Shown here piece by piece: positions 19,834 to 28,490 of a stretch of 64,000 bases of DNA. The DNA comes from Desulfosudaceae bacterium (GTDB taxonomy: Bacteria > Desulfobacterota > Desulfobacteria > Desulfobacterales > Desulfosudaceae): contig CAXXDV010000001.1 in assembly GCA_963674745.2 (NCBI GenBank), positions 1,792,001-1,856,000 of the forward strand, read 5' to 3'. The notes under the pieces are model-generated. The model had not been told where the DNA came from. It made no database searches and saw only the letters and a list, made by a program, of their open reading frames with translations. Each line of letters opens with the position of its first letter. The first letter of the stretch is position 1. Both the position numbers and the translations under genes were made by a program.

Positions 19834-20812
19834 ACCCTGGATAGAAACCAATACCTTTCACCACTCCGGGTTTTCAGACCTGGAGCAGCTGACAGAAGCA
19901 AAAAATAATCGCAATCTCTCAGTTTCCCTGTGTTTTCCCACTTTGAATGAAGAGAAAACCATTGCCAAGGAAATCGTTATCATGAAGTCCGAGTTGATGA
20001 CGCGTCATCAACTGCTTGATGAAATTGTCGTGATTGATTCCGGGTCAACAGACAACACCCTGGAAATTGCTGCCGAATACGGCGTGAATACGTATCGCGC
20101 GGATGATATCCTGCCGTCTCTGGAAAAGTTCACGGGCAAAGGCGAAAATTTATGGAAGGCGCTTTATGTCACCCATGGCGATATTCTGGTTTATCTTGAC
20201 GCGGATATTAAGAATATCCATCCCCGGTTTGTGTATGCGCTTTTGGGGCCGTTGATCCTGAACGAAAACATTAAATATACCAAGGCATTTTATGACAGGC
20301 CCATCGCTCTGGATAAAAACAAAACGCTTCCCAGCGGCGGCGGGCGGGTAACCGAACTGGTGATCCGTCCCTTGTTCTCGCTGTTTTTCCCGGAACTGGC
20401 GCAGATCCTTCAACCGCTTTCCGGTGAGTACGCCGGGTTCAGAGAAATTTTTGAGAACATACCGTTTCCCATCGGGTATGGCGTTGAGACCAGTATTATT
20501 CTGGATATTTATAAAAAATGGGGTTTGAACGTCATCGCCCAGGTGGATCTTGACAAACGGGTTCATACCAACCAGAGCACCAAGGCCCTGGGCAAAATGG
20601 CTTTTGTGATCATGAAAACGTTTTTTGACCGCATTGAAAAACTGGGCAGAATAGAGTTAACCCGGGAGTTGTTTAATGAAATGATCCAGTTTGACCTGGT
20701 TCAAGGTGAATATGTCGCGGATTTATTTTCCATAAAAATGTCCGAGCGGCCCCCCATGATCGAAATTGAAGAATACAAAAACCGATTTACGAAGCCATCA
20801 AAGGAGTTTTGA
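19826..20812 (+). CDS. gpgS: Glucosyl-3-phosphoglycerate synthase
   Basis: PTLNEE, DSGSTD, GKGENLW, DAD, GGRVTEL, QPLSGEYA, GYGVE. Confidence 0.85.
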   Translation: MNKPWIETNTFHHSGFSDLEQLTEAKNNRNLSVSLCFPTLNEEKTIAKEIVIMKSELMTRHQLLDEIVVIDSGSTDNTLEIAAEYGVNTYRADDILPSLEKFTGKGENLWKALYVTHGDILVYLDADIKNIHPRFVYALLGPLILNENIKYTKAFYDRPIALDKNKTLPSGGGRVTELVIRPLFSLFFPELAQILQPLSGEYAGFREIFENIPFPIGYGVETSIILDIYKKWGLNVIAQVDLDKRVHTNQSTKALGKMAFVIMKTFFDRIEKLGRIELTRELFNEMIQFDLVQGEYVADLFSIKMSERPPMIEIEEYKNRFTKPSKEF

Positions 20813-21804
20813 TGCAGTCCCCGAAGTTGACGGATACATATAAACGGCAGTTAAACTATTTGAGGGTTTCAATTACGGACAGGTGTAATTTAAAATGCAT
20901 TTACTGCCGTCCGTCCGGATCTTTCAACCTGCTTTCCCATAACGATATTCTTACATATGAAGAAACTCTTCGTGTCATCAGGATCGGTGCTGAACTGGGT
21001 ATTACCAAGATCAGAATAACCGGTGGAGAACCGTTGGTCCGCAAGGGGGTTTGCGATTTTCTTCAAAAGGCCGCCGACATTCCGGGTATTGGCGATATTT
21101 CGATTACCTCAAACGGGGTCTTCTTAAAGGAGAACCTGCCGGCCATTAAATCAGCGGGCATCAACCGTTTGAATATCAGCCTGGATAGCCTGGACCGGCG
21201 TAAATTTAAAGCCATTACGGGAGGGGACGCCTTTTTCGAGGTCTGGGACAGCATTATGACGGCTCTGGAATTGGGGTTTTCGCCGGTCAAAATCAATGCT
21301 GTGGCCATGAACGGCATTAATGATGATGAACTGGCCGACCTGGCGGCGCTCTCCGTGGACTATCCCCTGCACGTTCGTTTTATTGAATTTATGCCTTCTG
21401 AAAAGAACCCCTTGAAGGATGATGTGCAGTTGTTCACGCCCGATATCAAGCAGCGGGTAACCGCGGTCGGTGAGTTGATCCCGGTTGAAGATACAATGAA
21501 AGGCACCACGGCCGAGCGATTCAGGTTCCCTGATGCTAAAGGCGAGGTCGGTTTTATCAGTCCGGTCAGCAAGCATTTCTGCAAGACATGTAACCGGTTG
21601 CGGTTGACTGCGGACGGCAAGCTTAAACCCTGTCTGTTTTCCAACATTATGCTGGATATGAAAACACCGTTGCGGATGGGTGCGACCGATACCATGCTGG
21701 CCGATGTTTTCCGGCAGGCGGTTTTGAAAAAGCCGGGATATTCCCGGGAGGAAGCCGATAAGACAACAAGTTTGACGCAGATCATGTCCGCTATCGGCGG
21801 ATGA
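20812..21804 (+). CDS. moaA: GTP 3',8-cyclase
   Basis: CNLKCIYC, TGGEP, FCKTCNRLRLT...C, C-terminal IGG. Confidence 0.95.
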   Translation: MQSPKLTDTYKRQLNYLRVSITDRCNLKCIYCRPSGSFNLLSHNDILTYEETLRVIRIGAELGITKIRITGGEPLVRKGVCDFLQKAADIPGIGDISITSNGVFLKENLPAIKSAGINRLNISLDSLDRRKFKAITGGDAFFEVWDSIMTALELGFSPVKINAVAMNGINDDELADLAALSVDYPLHVRFIEFMPSEKNPLKDDVQLFTPDIKQRVTAVGELIPVEDTMKGTTAERFRFPDAKGEVGFISPVSKHFCKTCNRLRLTADGKLKPCLFSNIMLDMKTPLRMGATDTMLADVFRQAVLKKPGYSREEADKTTSLTQIMSAIGG

Positions 21805-21808
21805 CAAT

Positions 21809-22582
21809 ATGCAACAGCTTTACTTACTTTTTCGACAGGCGGCCCGGGAAATTGCCGCTGCCTATCCCGAGCCGGATTTCTATAAAGATTTTTCGTTGTC
21901 CGTGACGCGATCCCGAAAGATGTTCCGGGACAGTTCCATGGTGCGTCAACTAACCGTTTATGTCCGCGAAGAAACCCGCAGCAACCTCGGGCACGGTCTG
22001 GGGCACGCCGAAACAGTCGCTCTGGACGCGGGCGCCATCGCCGGAATCGAAGCATCCCGTGCGAATTTTTCAGAACCGGATGTGGCGCATTTCGTGATGC
22101 TGGCTCATTGCGCGGGCCTGCTGCATGACATCAGGCGCAGACATCGTCAGCATGCCGTCAAGGGCGCCGAGGCGGCCCGGGAAAAATTGATCCGGGATGA
22201 CCTGCTGGATGAGGCGAGCATCAATAATATCGCTTTTGCGATTCGAAACCATGAAGCGTTCAAGGATGCGCAGCGGCCGGAATCACTGGAACATGATATT
22301 CTTGCCGGCAGCCTGTATGACGCGGACAAGTTCCGCTGGGGGCCGGATAATTTTACCCACACGGTCTGGAAGATGATAGAAGCCGCGCCGCCTTCTATAA
22401 CCAAATTTATTCGTCTTTACCCGCAGGCGCTGGAATATATTGCGGCCATCAAAACCACCTTCCGCACAATCGTCGGCAAACAATACGGTCCCCAGTTCAT
22501 CGACATCGGACTGGACATCGGCCGCGAGCTGATGGAAAAAATAGAAACGGAATATAAGGATTACCTGCCCCGCGAACGCTAG
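21809..22582 (+). CDS. HD-domain protein
   Basis: GH...H, LLHDI, RNHE, DADK. Confidence 0.8.
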   Translation: MQQLYLLFRQAAREIAAAYPEPDFYKDFSLSVTRSRKMFRDSSMVRQLTVYVREETRSNLGHGLGHAETVALDAGAIAGIEASRANFSEPDVAHFVMLAHCAGLLHDIRRRHRQHAVKGAEAAREKLIRDDLLDEASINNIAFAIRNHEAFKDAQRPESLEHDILAGSLYDADKFRWGPDNFTHTVWKMIEAAPPSITKFIRLYPQALEYIAAIKTTFRTIVGKQYGPQFIDIGLDIGRELMEKIETEYKDYLPRER

Positions 22583-22612
22583 CCCGGATATTTCATGAAA
22601 TATCCGGGCTAG
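22579..22612. repeat. Perfect 34-bp palindrome (MITE-like end pair)
   Basis: CTAGCCCGGATATTTCA-TGAAATATCCGGGCTAG; includes the HD gene stop codon. Confidence 0.85.
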
Positions 22613-22641
22613 TTTTTACAACCGGTGGAGTCGCAAGCGCG

Positions 22642-24231
22642 ATGCAGACAAAGTCAGGACAGGAAAGACAATTGACCCGGCAAATTCTGTTCCGGGAGCT
22701 GCCGCCCGCTCCGCCGGCGGTCGTTGAACGGTATTTCGGTCCGTCCCGTTTCCCGGGTACAACGGCTATTGGTTATCGCCGGACGCATCCGGAAATTTTT
22801 CAGGATACCCTCGATTCACGTCTGGAATCCTATGAAGAATGGCTGACAGCGCAGGTCGCCCGTATGGTCGAATCCATCCGGGCTGCCGGGATCGGAGGCG
22901 CAATTGGTCAGGCCATCAAGGATTGGCCTGACCACAGGCTTGCAGAAAGATTTGATTTTTGGCTGGACTACCGGACCGACAGTGGTGACCTGCTGGCCGA
23001 TGCCATACCCCAGCAGATGTATGAAGATGTTTTTATTAGAATGATTCTGTCCATTACACGGGTGAAAACCGGAACCGGGGAGCCGCACCTCTATCGGAAT
23101 TTTAACGCCCTGTGTCATCGTATCGGCATGGCCCTGCTGACCGTCATCGACAAAAAATACGGCACAGGCCGGGCCGACGCCGACAACCGGATCGATGGCA
23201 TTATCAGGGTGTCGGTTTTGTCCGGTCATATCGGCATCAACCTTAAAAGTTCGGCTTCGGCTGCTTCGGCCTTGCTCAATCGTAACCGGATTCCGCTTCC
23301 CGACCACTGGGTTTCGACCCCGGATGCGGTACACGGGATCTCCGATGCCGACCTGATCGCCCTGGCCTGCCGGGTCCTTGAAATGGCCGATGGCCCGGAG
23401 GGCCGGTTCGGATTGACCGCAATGGCCAAATATCACCTTGAGGTGATAAATACCGCAAATCCGACCCTGCTGATATTTTTCTGTGATGATTACCTGGAAT
23501 CGATTATTGATCTGAAGCGGTTCGAAATCATGCTGGCCGACAACCCCTCGCTAAGCGTTCTTTTCGTGCCCCGGGCCGGTCGATACGGAAATGATCTGGC
23601 CTTTTCGGATATGGGACCGATTTTAAGGGAACCCCATTTCGTAAAACTCCGCACCCTTGAGACGGAAGGGCGTTTTTACATCAGCCCTCATGGACCAAGG
23701 GCCGGGTGCATCGATATTCGCGACATGAGCCCTGATTTTATTGATGAGATCGACCGGCTGGGGTGTGGCCGTCAGGTGATCATTGAGACCAAAGGGTGCC
23801 GCAATTTTGAAATGCTTCGGGGAAGTTTGCCGATACCCTGGTATACCTCTTTTAATTGTAACCGTGCCTTGAGTATCAGAACCGTGGGCGTTGACGGTCC
23901 ACCGGTGTTTCTCAGGATTCCCCCCGGACTTGATGCCTACGATGGCTTTACCCGCCCGGTTATTGCGCCCAGCGACTCCTTTCCGGATACCGGTGTCCGG
24001 TTTGCCCGGATGACAACGCGGGATCTTTATGACGCTATGGGATCTTCGGCATACCTGGCTTTCCGGCGGCAGGCAGGAGACGAATACCAGGCGAACAGTG
24101 TGCTGATGGGGTATTGCCGGCAACAGGGCCTGACGTTTTCAGAACTTGTTCAAATCCTGAACGGTTATCAGGACGGATATGCAGAGAAGGCGAAAAAACA
24201 GTTTCCCCGTTTTGACTTGACCTCAAGGTGA
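22642..24231 (+). CDS. Hypothetical protein with divergent DUF89/ARMT1-like phosphatase domain
   Basis: FFCDDYLESIIDL, VPRAGRYGND, IETKGCRNFE resemble the DUF89 motifs. Confidence 0.6.
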   Translation: MQTKSGQERQLTRQILFRELPPAPPAVVERYFGPSRFPGTTAIGYRRTHPEIFQDTLDSRLESYEEWLTAQVARMVESIRAAGIGGAIGQAIKDWPDHRLAERFDFWLDYRTDSGDLLADAIPQQMYEDVFIRMILSITRVKTGTGEPHLYRNFNALCHRIGMALLTVIDKKYGTGRADADNRIDGIIRVSVLSGHIGINLKSSASAASALLNRNRIPLPDHWVSTPDAVHGISDADLIALACRVLEMADGPEGRFGLTAMAKYHLEVINTANPTLLIFFCDDYLESIIDLKRFEIMLADNPSLSVLFVPRAGRYGNDLAFSDMGPILREPHFVKLRTLETEGRFYISPHGPRAGCIDIRDMSPDFIDEIDRLGCGRQVIIETKGCRNFEMLRGSLPIPWYTSFNCNRALSIRTVGVDGPPVFLRIPPGLDAYDGFTRPVIAPSDSFPDTGVRFARMTTRDLYDAMGSSAYLAFRRQAGDEYQANSVLMGYCRQQGLTFSELVQILNGYQDGYAEKAKKQFPRFDLTSR

Positions 24232-24234
24232 ATT

Positions 24235-25068
24235 ATGCCCCGTATTTATTATCATCGAAATATTACTTTCCAGCGGCTGATGCTGGATTTTATTCAGTTT
24301 ATCCTTGCCCAGAAAGCCCTGACGCGGTTTGTCGGCCCGCAGTTTTCCAGAAGCCAAACCCGGGTGGAAATAGACCTGACGTATCGTTGCAATCTGCGGT
24401 GTGAAAACTGTAACCGCTCCTGCACACAGGCGCCCAGCCGGCTGGACATACCTCTTGAACGGGTGGCCGGTTTTATCGATCAGAGTGTTTCGATGGGACT
24501 GCCATGGGAGCGGATAAGACTGCTGGGCGGTGAGCCAACCCTTTATCCTCAAATCGATGAGGTGGTGGCCCTGCTTCTGGACTATAAGCGGAACCACCGT
24601 CCCGGCCTGCGTATTGTCATTTGCACCAACGGTGACGGCAGAAAAGTGAATGATGTTTTAAATCGTCTTCCCGGGGTGGTCGAGATTAAAAAAACGCCCA
24701 AGGGCTCACCACAGCCCCTTTTTCGGCCATTTAACATGGCGCCGGTGGACAACATCATGTTCCGCTGGTCCGACTTCAGCGCCGGGTGCCGGATTATCAG
24801 GGACTGTGGCCTTGGCCTGACACCAATGGGGTACTATCCCTGTGCGGTTGCCGGCGGTATTGACAGGGTTTTCGGTTGGGGGCTGGGACGACCTGATCTA
24901 CCATCGAAAAAAGATGATATGAGGGATCTGATGCGCATTTTCTGCAGATACTGCGGTCATTTCGGTTTCCTGTGGCCGTCGAAAAGACAAAAAATGTCAA
25001 ATGCCTGGAGAAAAGCCTACCTTAAATACCGGCCGCCCGGAGAGACGGCCGGTAATGGATTTCATTAA
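24235..25068 (+). CDS. Radical SAM protein
   Basis: CNLRCENC, LGGEP, TNG; extra C-terminal Cys (C...C...C...CRYC). Confidence 0.85.
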   Translation: MPRIYYHRNITFQRLMLDFIQFILAQKALTRFVGPQFSRSQTRVEIDLTYRCNLRCENCNRSCTQAPSRLDIPLERVAGFIDQSVSMGLPWERIRLLGGEPTLYPQIDEVVALLLDYKRNHRPGLRIVICTNGDGRKVNDVLNRLPGVVEIKKTPKGSPQPLFRPFNMAPVDNIMFRWSDFSAGCRIIRDCGLGLTPMGYYPCAVAGGIDRVFGWGLGRPDLPSKKDDMRDLMRIFCRYCGHFGFLWPSKRQKMSNAWRKAYLKYRPPGETAGNGFH

Positions 25069-25736
25069 GCGCCGTTCTCTATAACAATCCTGGCATAAAT
25101 GGAATTCGGGTATTCAGCAGTGATCCGGCTGTACATTTCCCGGCTGCTGTCCCTGTCTCCCAGGCTTTCATAGAGTCGACCGGCGTTGAACAGGGCTTTG
25201 TCTTTTATCGGCGCATGGGGCGTATCAATGATCTGTTTGAACGCCTCGATGGCCCGGTCGTTATCGCCGACGGCTTCATAAGCGTAACCCAGACCATTTA
25301 CAGCCAGTATCTTCAGGAAGTTATTGTGTTTAAAGTCAGATAAGGCTTGCTGGTAAGCGGTGATGGCGTTTTCGAAATCTCTGGCCGCATAACAGGCGTC
25401 GGCGTATTTCAACCCGGCAATCTCTCCGGCGACCGTGTTGCCCCGTTTCTTGTTGAGCAGGTGATAATCTTCCAATATTTCAGCCTGGTCGCTCCCGGTT
25501 TCGGCTTTTTGATTTATTTCCGTCAACCGGGTAAAGGCGATTTTTTCGGATCTGGCTGAAAAATAGGTGATCCCGATAAAAAGCGCAATGATTCCTAAAA
25601 AAGCACCGACTGCGATTATTGCTTGCCTTTGGTGGCTGCTGACCCATATGGATGCCTGCTGCAGAAATTCCAGAATCGCATCCGGTTTTTCAAGTTCTTT
25701 CTTCCGCGCCAGCGACACCCTGCTGATTTTTGCCAT
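25065..25736 (-). CDS. YfgM-like membrane-anchored TPR protein
   Basis: N-terminal TM followed by TPR-like helices (LGYAYE, ALFNAGRLYE). Confidence 0.8.
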   Translation of the reverse strand: MAKISRVSLARKKELEKPDAILEFLQQASIWVSSHQRQAIIAVGAFLGIIALFIGITYFSARSEKIAFTRLTEINQKAETGSDQAEILEDYHLLNKKRGNTVAGEIAGLKYADACYAARDFENAITAYQQALSDFKHNNFLKILAVNGLGYAYEAVGDNDRAIEAFKQIIDTPHAPIKDKALFNAGRLYESLGDRDSSREMYSRITAEYPNSIYARIVIENGA

Positions 25737-25742
25737 ACGCCC

Positions 25743-26738
25743 TTACTCCCTGTCAAAAGACGATATTAATGTTTTGATCCGATGCCAACCAGCGTCGGGG
25801 ATTTTGGCCCCTATGACCCGGCATACTTCGTAACCGCAGGCCGACCCCATGGCGCCGCAGGCCTCAATCGGATAACCGTTCACCAGGCCGTAAAGAAAAC
25901 CGGCCGCCCATAAATCGCCGGCACCGGTAGTGTCAACCGGTGGGGCATCGGTTTGGGCTTTTATTCTGTATATCTGGTCTTTAAAACTGATGTAACTTCC
26001 CCGCTCCCCGACCTTCAAAACCGCCAGTGGCGCGAGTTCCAGCAGATGCGCCATAACTTTTGTCTCATCACGGTGACCGCAATACGCTTCGGCCTCGTCC
26101 TCGTTGGCGATCAGGATGTCCACGTAATCAATGATAAGGTCATCGAGCAAAGACCGGGCGGTGTTGACCACTTCAAAGCTGGCCAGGTCAAGCGAAATCA
26201 GCGCACCGGCCGCTTTGGCCGCCTTGACGGTGGCCATCATTAAATCCGGATTAAAAAGCAGGTAGCCTTCTACCACGACCACGGCGGTATCCGCAAACAA
26301 TTCCGGGGTGATGGCGGCCGGGTCCAGTTCGGTTGAGGCCCCCAGGTGGGTAAACATGGTCCGCTGGGCATCAGGGGTAATGACCGATAACACCGTACCG
26401 GTCGGCGAGGAAGAGGAAAACAGTACCGGCTCGACGGCACTTTTTTTCAGGTCATCCGTAAACACCTGCCCGAATTCATCATCGCCGAGTTTGCCGATAA
26501 AGGCGGCTGTTCCACCCAGCATGCCCGCACCAACAATGGTATTGCAGGCCGAACCGCCGGAGACGACCTGGGGTGATTGTCCTGTGGACGCCAGCGCCTT
26601 TTCGATAAACGGGTGATCAACCAGCGTCATGCCGCCTTTTTCCGCGCCCAGTTCAGCCACAAAGGCGTCATTTTCTTTTAACAGCAGATCAACCAGCGCC
26701 GATCCAATGCCGGTAATTTTTTTTCGACCCTTGAACAT
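25743..26738 (-). CDS. Adenosine kinase-like PfkB carbohydrate kinase
   Basis: GSALVD, GGSACNT, ANEDEA, DTTGAGD. Confidence 0.88.
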   Translation of the reverse strand: MFKGRKKITGIGSALVDLLLKENDAFVAELGAEKGGMTLVDHPFIEKALASTGQSPQVVSGGSACNTIVGAGMLGGTAAFIGKLGDDEFGQVFTDDLKKSAVEPVLFSSSSPTGTVLSVITPDAQRTMFTHLGASTELDPAAITPELFADTAVVVVEGYLLFNPDLMMATVKAAKAAGALISLDLASFEVVNTARSLLDDLIIDYVDILIANEDEAEAYCGHRDETKVMAHLLELAPLAVLKVGERGSYISFKDQIYRIKAQTDAPPVDTTGAGDLWAAGFLYGLVNGYPIEACGAMGSACGYEVCRVIGAKIPDAGWHRIKTLISSFDRE

Positions 26739-26748
26739 AAGTTTTTCC

Positions 26749-27546
26749 CTATAATTTGAGTTTTTCAGCACGAAAGGCGTCGATATAATTCATGCAGTAT
26801 TCGTCTTTTCCGGCCAGGGCTTCTGCGGCCAGGATCATGGCCATCATGCGTCGGTCCAGAGGGTTGATAATGGCGCCGTCCAGCCCCTTTAATATGGCCA
26901 TCACCATAAAGGTTTGATTCAGCAGTTTTCTCTCCGGGAGCCCATAAGAGATATTGGAAAGGCCGCAGGCGGTGTGAACGCCGGGAAAACTGGTCATGAT
27001 CTGTTCAATGGCATCCAGAAAGGCAGCACCGAATATACCGTTGGTTGAAATCGGTTGAACCAGCGGATCCACATAAATATTTTCCAGCGGAACGTTTTTG
27101 GCTACCAGACCGTTGACCAGCTTGTCCGCAATGCTCACCCGTTGTTCCACGGTTTCCGGCATGCCGTCGTCACTCATGCACAGGGCAATGACTTTCAAGT
27201 CGCTGCCCGCGATGATCGGCAGCAGGGCATCATAGCGCTGTTTTTCAAGAGAAATGGAGTTTACCATGGCCGTGCCTTTGTGGACAGACAGGGCCCCTTC
27301 CAGGGCTTTGGGATCGGGGGTGTCAATACAGCAGGCAATGTCGGTGGCTTCCTGGACGGTGGTGACCAGCCACTTTAAGTAGCCTTCTTCCTTGCCGACA
27401 AAAATACCGGCATTCACATCAATAATGTCGGCGCCGTTTTCCTTTTGGGAAACAGCCAGATCCGCTATGGCCCGGGCGTCCTGGGCCTTGATGGCTTCTC
27501 CTACGGCTTTCCGGCTGGCATTAATTAATTCTCCGATAATAAACAT
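26749..27546 (-). CDS. Methyltetrahydrofolate:corrinoid methyltransferase (AcsE/MtgA-role pterin-binding protein)
   Basis: IIGELIN, DVNAG, NSIS, VDP, GLSNISYGLPER. Confidence 0.9.
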   Translation of the reverse strand: MFIIGELINASRKAVGEAIKAQDARAIADLAVSQKENGADIIDVNAGIFVGKEEGYLKWLVTTVQEATDIACCIDTPDPKALEGALSVHKGTAMVNSISLEKQRYDALLPIIAGSDLKVIALCMSDDGMPETVEQRVSIADKLVNGLVAKNVPLENIYVDPLVQPISTNGIFGAAFLDAIEQIMTSFPGVHTACGLSNISYGLPERKLLNQTFMVMAILKGLDGAIINPLDRRMMAMILAAEALAGKDEYCMNYIDAFRAEKLKL

Positions 27547-27582
27547 AAGTTCTCCTTAAAACTGAAAAACGTTTAGCTCAGT

Positions 27583-27662
27583 TTACCGGGCATTTCAGGC
27601 GTTTTTCCGTCAAAGCATTTTAACCATATTCTGTCGAAAAAACACATGAAATATCCGGTTTA
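27583..27662. repeat. Degenerate MITE-like element related to the 22579 palindrome
   Basis: Right end CATGAAATATCCGGTTTA; degenerate left end TTACCGGGCATTTCAGGCGTTTTTCCG; inner arms pair imperfectly. Confidence 0.55.
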
Positions 27663-27685
27663 GAGCGTTTTACCCGAAGATCGAC

Positions 27686-28390
27686 TCACATGTCAAGAAA
27701 CGGTTTTTGAGCGACCGTCTCTCCGGGCGGGACAATAACAAAATCCTGTTCGTCGTAAGGGCCGAACAATAATTTACGGAAAAAAGCACCGGTGCCGGTT
27801 TTCTCTACAAAGGTTTTTTCAAAAAACCGGGCGTTGTCGATGGCCCTTTGTTTTAAGGCCGCCTGGTCCCGGCTGTTTCCCGTATGAATCAATACAATCT
27901 GGGTGTAGTGCTTCAGCTCCTCTTTGGCCGCCCATTCGGCTTCTTCCCGGCCGACCCGGGGAACATAATCATTTTCCATAAAACCCAGGGGGTCTTTTTG
28001 TTCGGCGACCCACCCGGGGGTGAGATAGTATGCGCCGGGATTTTTTTTGAATGCGTCCAGGTAGGCATTACGGTTGCCGAGGAACAGGGCAATACAGTCA
28101 TGCACCCGGGGGATGATCAGCCCCTGGGCCGGTGCCCTGACGCCGACAATGCCGTTGGCGCACAGGCCGTAACCCAGCACGATGGTTGAAACATCGTTGC
28201 TGACATCGTCGATGGCCGCCTGAATGACAAGCGGCAGCTGATCAGGCGTTCGGTGTAAGGCCTGCTTCAGGTAAGTAGCCCTTATGTCATAATTCCATGC
28301 ATCGGCCAGCAGATGGTCGATCTCCGGCTGCAGTGAGCGGCAGGCGATGATTTGTTTTTTTTCGGTTTCGGTCATTTGTATGTCCTGCAT
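27686..28390 (-). CDS. DUF1638-domain protein
   Basis: IIAC, LH..P..L, LGYGLC, DCIALFLG, YYLTPGW. Confidence 0.85.
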   Translation of the reverse strand: MQDIQMTETEKKQIIACRSLQPEIDHLLADAWNYDIRATYLKQALHRTPDQLPLVIQAAIDDVSNDVSTIVLGYGLCANGIVGVRAPAQGLIIPRVHDCIALFLGNRNAYLDAFKKNPGAYYLTPGWVAEQKDPLGFMENDYVPRVGREEAEWAAKEELKHYTQIVLIHTGNSRDQAALKQRAIDNARFFEKTFVEKTGTGAFFRKLLFGPYDEQDFVIVPPGETVAQKPFLDM

Positions 28391-28410
28391 TAATTTAATC
28401 TGCTCTTCAT

Positions 28411-28490
28411 CTGTTTATTGAGCAAACAGGATCCAAGGATTCAAGGGGTCGAGGGTTCAAGTGGGTGTTGTTCCCTCGAACCCTTCAAAC
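28411..28490. repeat. Inverted octamer tandem-repeat element (GGRTYCRA-like units)
   Basis: GGATCCAA-GGATTCAA-GGGGTCGA-GGGTTCAA-GTG...TCGAACCC, preceded by a CTGTTT-loop-AAACAG hairpin. Confidence 0.75.
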
